DNA from: a virus
Taxonomy: Duplodnaviria > Caudoviricetes
DNA: 30,497 bases
Direction: 5' to 3' (one strand)
IMG/VR virus record: IMGVR_UViG_3300001866_000283
Location: 1 to 30,497 of that record
The first letter of the stretch is position 1. Each line of letters begins with the position of its first letter. Of this stretch, positions 26,273-30,497 are shown one piece after another. The notes beneath the pieces were generated by a model, which searched no databases, was not told the origin of the DNA, and saw only the letters and a list, made by a program, of their open reading frames with translations. The position numbers were made by a program, and so were the translations under genes.

Positions 26273-27046
26273 TCACTTTCTTGGCTCCTTGCTGTTGACC
26301 TTACAGAGCCATGCTTTTCTTCTGGCCCCGCGTTTCTCAAATTTGGCTTGATCGGGATGAGAATTCGCTACCCAGCGCATTGCTCTCAGGGCTTGCTTGG
26401 GATCGATGGTCTTGCCCTCGGCCTCGCCTATGATTCTGGATGCCTCAAGAGTCGAGATGGGTTTGGCATTCCTGCTTAGGGTGGCAAGCAGGACCTCGGC
26501 CCTGTAACGGTCCGATTTCGTGAAGGTCAGCAGAGGCCGGCCTATGATGAACTGGACAATATCTTTCTCAAGGTCTGCCATCTGGCGAAGTGCATTGAGG
26601 GGCGAGGCTTGGCCTAGGTCTTTAGCCCGGCTGATCGCCTTGGACTGCTTTTTGCATCTGACATAGAGGCTCCTCGCCTCCGGACTGTCCGGCAGCTTTT
26701 CCAGCATTTCCAGGCTATTTTCGAGGTTGTCTATCTCGACATGAAACAGCGTATCGAATCCGTCCTGCAGGCGCTCCTGGGCTTCTTCCAGGCGCTTGTT
26801 TTTCTCTTTGAGTTCGTCCATCTCGGAGTTGTCTGTCGCAGAATGAGGCGTTTGCCTCTGTTCCAGCGTTCTCTCAAGTTCCTGTATGTACTGGAGCTGT
26901 CTCTCGATTAGCTCGTCCTGGGAGCTGATCCGCCCCTCCAGCTTCTCGATTGTTTTCCTGAGTTGTGAGGGCTCGCTGCTGCAGAGGTCTGCAGCTGTCC
27001 GGAAGGCCAGAATATCCTGTGATGCAAGAGGGGTGGCATTGGCCAT
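26273..27046 (-). CDS. Coiled-coil protein with C-terminal winged-helix-like domain (possible initiator/regulator)
   Basis: N-terminal heptad-rich region; C-terminal VLLATLSRNAKPISTLEASRII...KQALRAMRWVA...AKFEKRG..RKAWL resembles a wHTH; adjacent to the palindromes. Confidence 0.6.
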   Translation of the reverse strand: MANATPLASQDILAFRTAADLCSSEPSQLRKTIEKLEGRISSQDELIERQLQYIQELERTLEQRQTPHSATDNSEMDELKEKNKRLEEAQERLQDGFDTLFHVEIDNLENSLEMLEKLPDSPEARSLYVRCKKQSKAISRAKDLGQASPLNALRQMADLEKDIVQFIIGRPLLTFTKSDRYRAEVLLATLSRNAKPISTLEASRIIGEAEGKTIDPKQALRAMRWVANSHPDQAKFEKRGARRKAWLCKVNSKEPRK

Positions 27047-27047
27047 C

Positions 27048-27266
27048 TCAGCTCCGGCCTAACCACTTCTTTGGTGTGCTGAAGTTGGGCGCTAACGGCG
27101 GCCAGTATCGCAGCGGGTCAGTTGGTTGCCAGTACCTGCAGCGGTCCGGGATTGGCTGTCCTTTTCCAAGAAGGACACAGCGAACACGATCTCCTATGAT
27201 GGTGTGCTGAATAGGCGAGATAGGGGTCCGATGTGCCGGACCCTTTGCCCCTTTCCGCTGGCTCAT
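27048..27266 (-). CDS. Small hypothetical protein
   Basis: 72 aa; ATGA-coupled to the upstream gene and ends 1 nt before the next start. Confidence 0.45.
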   Translation of the reverse strand: MSQRKGAKGPAHRTPISPIQHTIIGDRVRCVLLGKGQPIPDRCRYWQPTDPLRYWPPLAPNFSTPKKWLGRS

Positions 27267-27574
27267 GCCATCGCCCCTCTAGCCAGCTCCTCGGCTCCGG
27301 GGATCTGGCCATGTTTGGCTGTAGCGGTGAGCTGCCAGAGTTTCAGGCATGGGACTTTCTGTTCTGCTCCGAGAATCTCCTTGGTGGCTAGCGGATGCTC
27401 CACCACGCCAGCCTTCTGCAGGATCTTCATGATCCTGGCCGCGGGTTTGGGCCCAACGTGCTGAGTGAGTTGCACGAGATACTCTGTGACCGGATCGGCT
27501 TCCCCATCGAGCAGATCCAGAATGCCGTGGATTAGAACGGCATCCTGGATCACCTGATGCTCAGGCTTCCTCAT
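27263..27574 (-). CDS. Hypothetical protein (possible wHTH)
   Basis: Track ORF 27263..27604; the likely start is MRKPEHQ after GGAGG; ARIMKILQKAGVV helix. Confidence 0.55.
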   Translation of the reverse strand: MRKPEHQVIQDAVLIHGILDLLDGEADPVTEYLVQLTQHVGPKPAARIMKILQKAGVVEHPLATKEILGAEQKVPCLKLWQLTATAKHGQIPGAEELARGAMA

Positions 27575-27810
27575 GGCACAACCTCCGCAGAGCGGATTCT
27601 GCATAATGTCCAGCCATTCGGGCCTCGCCTGTAACGGCGGTACTGCGCATCTATCTTGAGCTTCGACGGGATCGGTAGGTTATGTGGCAGGCTGCTGGTT
27701 GTCTGGTGAAGCCAGCAATGCGATCTATGCATGCCGTTTTCGCACTGGATGTCGTCCAGCAAATAGTGGCCACGAATGCTGCGATCGGCCAAGACGGCGG
27801 TGAAGATCAT
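27571..27810 (-). CDS. Small hypothetical protein
   Basis: 79 aa; ATGA overlaps at both ends. Confidence 0.5.
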   Translation of the reverse strand: MIFTAVLADRSIRGHYLLDDIQCENGMHRSHCWLHQTTSSLPHNLPIPSKLKIDAQYRRYRRGPNGWTLCRIRSAEVVP

Positions 27811-28088
27811 GCTCCACCCTCCGCAGTGATGTTCCAGCCGGTGCCATTCTGGGAAAGCGAGACGTTAATGTGGTCTCCGGAAAAGCTGAGGTTCTGCAGT
27901 CCATCGCCGGAACTGGAGCCGGAGATATTCAGGGTGACTGCATCGGCCACAAGACAACAGGCCAGTGAAGCCAATAGGACCGCCAGGATCAGGGATATAC
28001 TGGCCAGCGTGGGAACATAATCCCCGCAGGCCTCCGGATCGCAGCGATTCTTCCTGGGGCAGAATCGAGCGTTAATGCAGGGCCTCAT
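27807..28088 (-). CDS. Small membrane/secreted protein with a Cys-rich N-terminus
   Basis: CINARFCPRKNRCDPEAC followed by hydrophobic LASISLILAVLLASLACCLVA and a short beta-rich tail. Confidence 0.55.
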   Translation of the reverse strand: MRPCINARFCPRKNRCDPEACGDYVPTLASISLILAVLLASLACCLVADAVTLNISGSSSGDGLQNLSFSGDHINVSLSQNGTGWNITAEGGA

Positions 28089-28387
28089 GCGCTGCACCTC
28101 CCTGCATGGTAGTTTCCATTGAAGAGGCCCACAACGACCTGCTGGCCCACAAGTGGCTCCAGAATGCTAGAGAGTGATTTTGGCAGTTCTATGCTGGTGC
28201 CTTCGATATCCGCGAGGATCATGTCACCGGACTCTGTGATGCTATCGAGCCTGCCCCAGATGCCTTCCAGCTCGTCGAGAATCGTTATCTTCGGAGCGCA
28301 TCCTGCAGAAAAATTATTTATAGAACCGCTTACAACTACACCACTCATAAGGATGACACCTCCTTCGCGGGGGTGGCACCCTCCCAT
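28085..28387 (-). CDS. Hypothetical protein
   Basis: ~88-100 aa; GGAGGTG SD before MSGVVV. Confidence 0.55.
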   Translation of the reverse strand: MGGCHPREGGVILMSGVVVSGSINNFSAGCAPKITILDELEGIWGRLDSITESGDMILADIEGTSIELPKSLSSILEPLVGQQVVVGLFNGNYHAGRCSA

Positions 28388-28629
28388 CCTGTTATCGCGA
28401 CGTTTCCCGTCTCGGTTGGAAATACCAGCACCTTTCTGCGAAATGATTCGCGGTCTAAGCGAACATATCCCAACGAATCGAGGCGGTCTAGCTTTCTTCT
28501 CAAATGGCGTGCCGTCTGGCAGTCAAGGGTCTTAACGATCCTGATGACACTTGACCCAGACAATTCAGATACACGTTTCAGCAGCTGCAGATCGACTTCA
28601 TCAAGCTCTATCTCTGACATGTGCCCCAT
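28345..28629 (-). CDS. Winged-helix (MarR/ArsR-like) transcription regulator
   Basis: LDEVDLQLLKRV...RHLRRKLDRLDSLGYVRL...VFPTETG fits a wHTH. Confidence 0.7.
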   Translation of the reverse strand: MGHMSEIELDEVDLQLLKRVSELSGSSVIRIVKTLDCQTARHLRRKLDRLDSLGYVRLDRESFRRKVLVFPTETGNVAITGWEGATPAKEVSSL

Positions 28630-28958
28630 CCCGAAGGGCTCAGGGCACAGGCACGAATGTCCCTCATGGGAGTCCCGCGAAGGACATGAGGGACATTAAT
28701 ATACCTTGGGAGGCATACCTTTGTGTGCCTGGGTTGATCCTCGGGCCGTGGAAAGCAACGAGGGGTTAGCCCTGGCTCTACTAATTCTAGCGTTAGCTCT
28801 CTTCTTCCGAGAGCTACATTCTTATCTTTTGCGGTGATGGAAGTATTTCTTGCTATTCTGAGCGCGGAGCGAAAGTAATCGCTCTTTACGATATCGCCTT
28901 CTTCAGGCGATATCGCCTGATTAAGGCAGTCTACGACATTCGCGGTTTTCACTGACAA
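28608..28958 (-). CDS. Hypothetical protein (C-terminal half doubtful)
   Basis: 116-aa track ORF; its 3' half runs through a hairpin-rich region. Confidence 0.4.
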   Translation of the reverse strand: MSVKTANVVDCLNQAISPEEGDIVKSDYFRSALRIARNTSITAKDKNVALGRRELTLELVEPGLTPRCFPRPEDQPRHTKVCLPRYINVPHVLRGTPMRDIRACALSPSGWGTCQR

Positions 28959-29101
28959 TTATCCATCTCCTTCTGCAGCTCCGCAATCCTGGCGCGGAGG
29001 TACCTTGTGTTCTCGGTGCTCTTTCGCTTCTTGGCTATGACGAGCTGCTTCTGTGCTTTTCGCAGCTCTTCCATGAGGTAATCTCGCGGTCTGGCCTGCA
29101 T
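28949..29101 (-). CDS. 50-aa coiled-coil protein (below track threshold)
   Basis: Manual translation MQARPRDYLMEELRKAQKQLVIAKKRKSTENTRYLRARIAELQKEMDNCQ*; GAGGAGG SD upstream. Confidence 0.65.
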   Translation of the reverse strand: MQARPRDYLMEELRKAQKQLVIAKKRKSTENTRYLRARIAELQKEMDNCQ

Positions 29102-29102
29102 C

Positions 29103-29261
29103 TCAGGCGACCTCCTCGGATTCCTTTTGGAAGCATATCGGGCCGAAGCCTCGCTTCATCGATTCTTCATTACTCAATCTTCTATGACACCTCCTGCAGT
29201 AGCGATGCAGCTCTGCGGGCTGGCTGAGCTGCTGCTGGACGATCGGTTCAGATTTACTCAT
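29103..29261 (-). CDS. 52-aa Zn-finger protein, DUF6011-like (below track threshold)
   Basis: Manual translation MSKSEP...YCRRCHRRLSNEESMKRGFGPICFQKESEEVA*; matches the CxxCxRxLxxxxSxxRGxGPxC pattern; starts 1 nt after the ATPase stop. Confidence 0.75.
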   Translation of the reverse strand: MSKSEPIVQQQLSQPAELHRYCRRCHRRLSNEESMKRGFGPICFQKESEEVA

Positions 29262-30158
29262 TTAGGCCGCCTCCAGCTTTTGCCGCCATTCTTTTTTGCA
29301 GATTTCGCAGAGGTATATACCTACAGGGATACCCCCAACGTCATCTTCCCCAACGAGCTTGCTTCGGCCCTTGCATGTCGGGCAGGGTCGCGCGCCTTTC
29401 TGATCTGGCTCGACCCTCGGGAGAGGCTCATCTATCCCCTTGTCCAACCACTCCAGGAGCAAATTGCCGGTGCCTGGCGTGGGCTGGAATTCAACGCCCT
29501 TGAATAGGCCGGTATTGTCTTTGTCGGCCCAGGCCCGTGCTCGATCGAGGTACAGGACCAGAAGGAACTCATACTCCAGGCCGTCCCTCTGGATAGGGGC
29601 CAGGCCGACTTTCTTAGGAGTCTGCTTGCCTTTATCGTTTGTTTCCCAGGTGTAGGCCTGCTTGGTCCTGGTTGTGGCTATGATATGCATCTGTGAAGCC
29701 ATGATGCGTTCGATGAGCCTGTTCTGCTTGCGGCCTATTGTGTCCCAGTTGAGGAAGCCGTGGCCCGGGTCCTGGGCATCCATGCGGCTCTTCTGGTCCA
29801 GGAGGCCTCCTGCGCCGGCCCAGGCATGGCTCAGAGAATCGATGATCAGAACCGAGAAGCCTGCCTTTTCCGCGGCATCTATGACATCGATGTACTTTTC
29901 TGTCTCGTAAGGCTCAGAGATAGCGGCCACCTGGTAGGGGCCTATCGTGAAGTCCTTGACTCCAGGAACCTCAGCGCCGATGTAGAGCTCTCCTCGCCCA
30001 TGCTCTGTATCGGCCAGGGCGATCTTTGCCCATTCAGGCTCCAGGCCAGCAGCAATTGCTAGAGCAGACATGGTCTTGCCGCTGCCAGATGGGCCTGTGA
30101 GCATCATCTTTAGTTTTTGTTTTCGGCGTTGGGCTGGGGCAAATTTGACTCCAGCCAT
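29262..30158 (-). CDS. Sak4-like AAA ATPase (recombination/single-strand annealing) with C-terminal Zn ribbon
   Basis: Walker A GPSGSGKT, Walker B LIIDSLSH, plus ADTE, HIIATTRTK and GLAPIQRDGLEYEF motifs; C-terminal CPTC...CEIC. Confidence 0.85.
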   Translation of the reverse strand: MAGVKFAPAQRRKQKLKMMLTGPSGSGKTMSALAIAAGLEPEWAKIALADTEHGRGELYIGAEVPGVKDFTIGPYQVAAISEPYETEKYIDVIDAAEKAGFSVLIIDSLSHAWAGAGGLLDQKSRMDAQDPGHGFLNWDTIGRKQNRLIERIMASQMHIIATTRTKQAYTWETNDKGKQTPKKVGLAPIQRDGLEYEFLLVLYLDRARAWADKDNTGLFKGVEFQPTPGTGNLLLEWLDKGIDEPLPRVEPDQKGARPCPTCKGRSKLVGEDDVGGIPVGIYLCEICKKEWRQKLEAA

Positions 30159-30497
30159 TCAGTACTCCTCCGTCATGCAAGCGAGAAGCACAATGCGGCG
30201 ACATTTCTCATGTTCTATCCGGATTAGCGCCGCGGAGAGCTCTCCCCGGACGTGTGGGGAGGACACGCCAAACCGGATAGGCTCATTTGGATGAAAGTGC
30301 GCCAGAGCCTGCATAATTTTGGCAGGAGTCGTCACCGCTTCTTGGAATTCTCGGTCTACCAATTCCTCGTATAGCTTCCCCTCATGTGGGCTGGGGAGGA
30401 TGCCAGCAGGGACCATGCCGTCCTCGATAATCGCGATGGTGCGATCATCTGTGACCCTGGCTATTCGGCCAGGCGTGGGGAGCTGACAGACATCCAT
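30159..30497 (-). CDS. Hypothetical protein (may extend beyond the window)
   Basis: 112-aa ORF whose stop abuts the ATPase start; its ATG is at the window edge. Confidence 0.55.
   Translation of the reverse strand: MDVCQLPTPGRIARVTDDRTIAIIEDGMVPAGILPSPHEGKLYEELVDREFQEAVTTPAKIMQALAHFHPNEPIRFGVSSPHVRGELSAALIRIEHEKCRRIVLLACMTEEY

Noticed and set aside
28199-28213. U1 dinucleotides GC GA AT GA GG match ADIEG codons in 28085..28387
   Set aside because: Only 5 of 12 positions match, and a 10-nt gapped match is roughly expected by chance in 30 kb over several units. It needs homolog data before it can be claimed.
30387-30416. Partial U4 match to the PAGxxPS codons in 30159..30497
   Set aside because: Only 5 of 10 dinucleotides match and the mismatches are non-synonymous; not distinguishable from chance.

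Overview
The window is a segment of a tailed (Caudoviricetes, probably siphovirus-type) virus or provirus, encoded almost entirely on the minus strand. An archaeal, possibly methanogen, host is inferred from GGAGG/GGTGA Shine-Dalgarno motifs, T-run terminators and the lack of a recognisable peptidoglycan hydrolase; this is not proven. Reading right to left, it holds early/replication genes (Sak4-like AAA ATPase, a DUF6011-like Zn finger, winged-helix proteins) and a palindrome-rich intergenic region that looks like an origin or operator cluster. These are followed by TerS, TerL, portal, a gpF-protease-scaffold fusion, decoration and major capsid proteins, head-tail connectors, a four-gene membrane cluster, two paralogous tail-tube genes, a frameshifted tail chaperone, the tape measure, and Tal-like and Dit-like tail proteins. 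The standout feature is at 24032-25641. A stand-alone RAMP/Cas7-like gene and a partner gene lie directly downstream of a ~320-nt non-coding array of GYY-NN pentamers, which GCCA splits into units of 5n+4 nt. Read with every third base skipped, the NN dinucleotides of one unit spell codon positions 1-2 of the C-terminal motif of the neighbouring gene. The virus's own copy of that motif is synonymously recoded at exactly those positions. This points to a non-CRISPR, RNA-guided system with a gapped targeting code, aimed at related viruses, with built-in self-avoidance.
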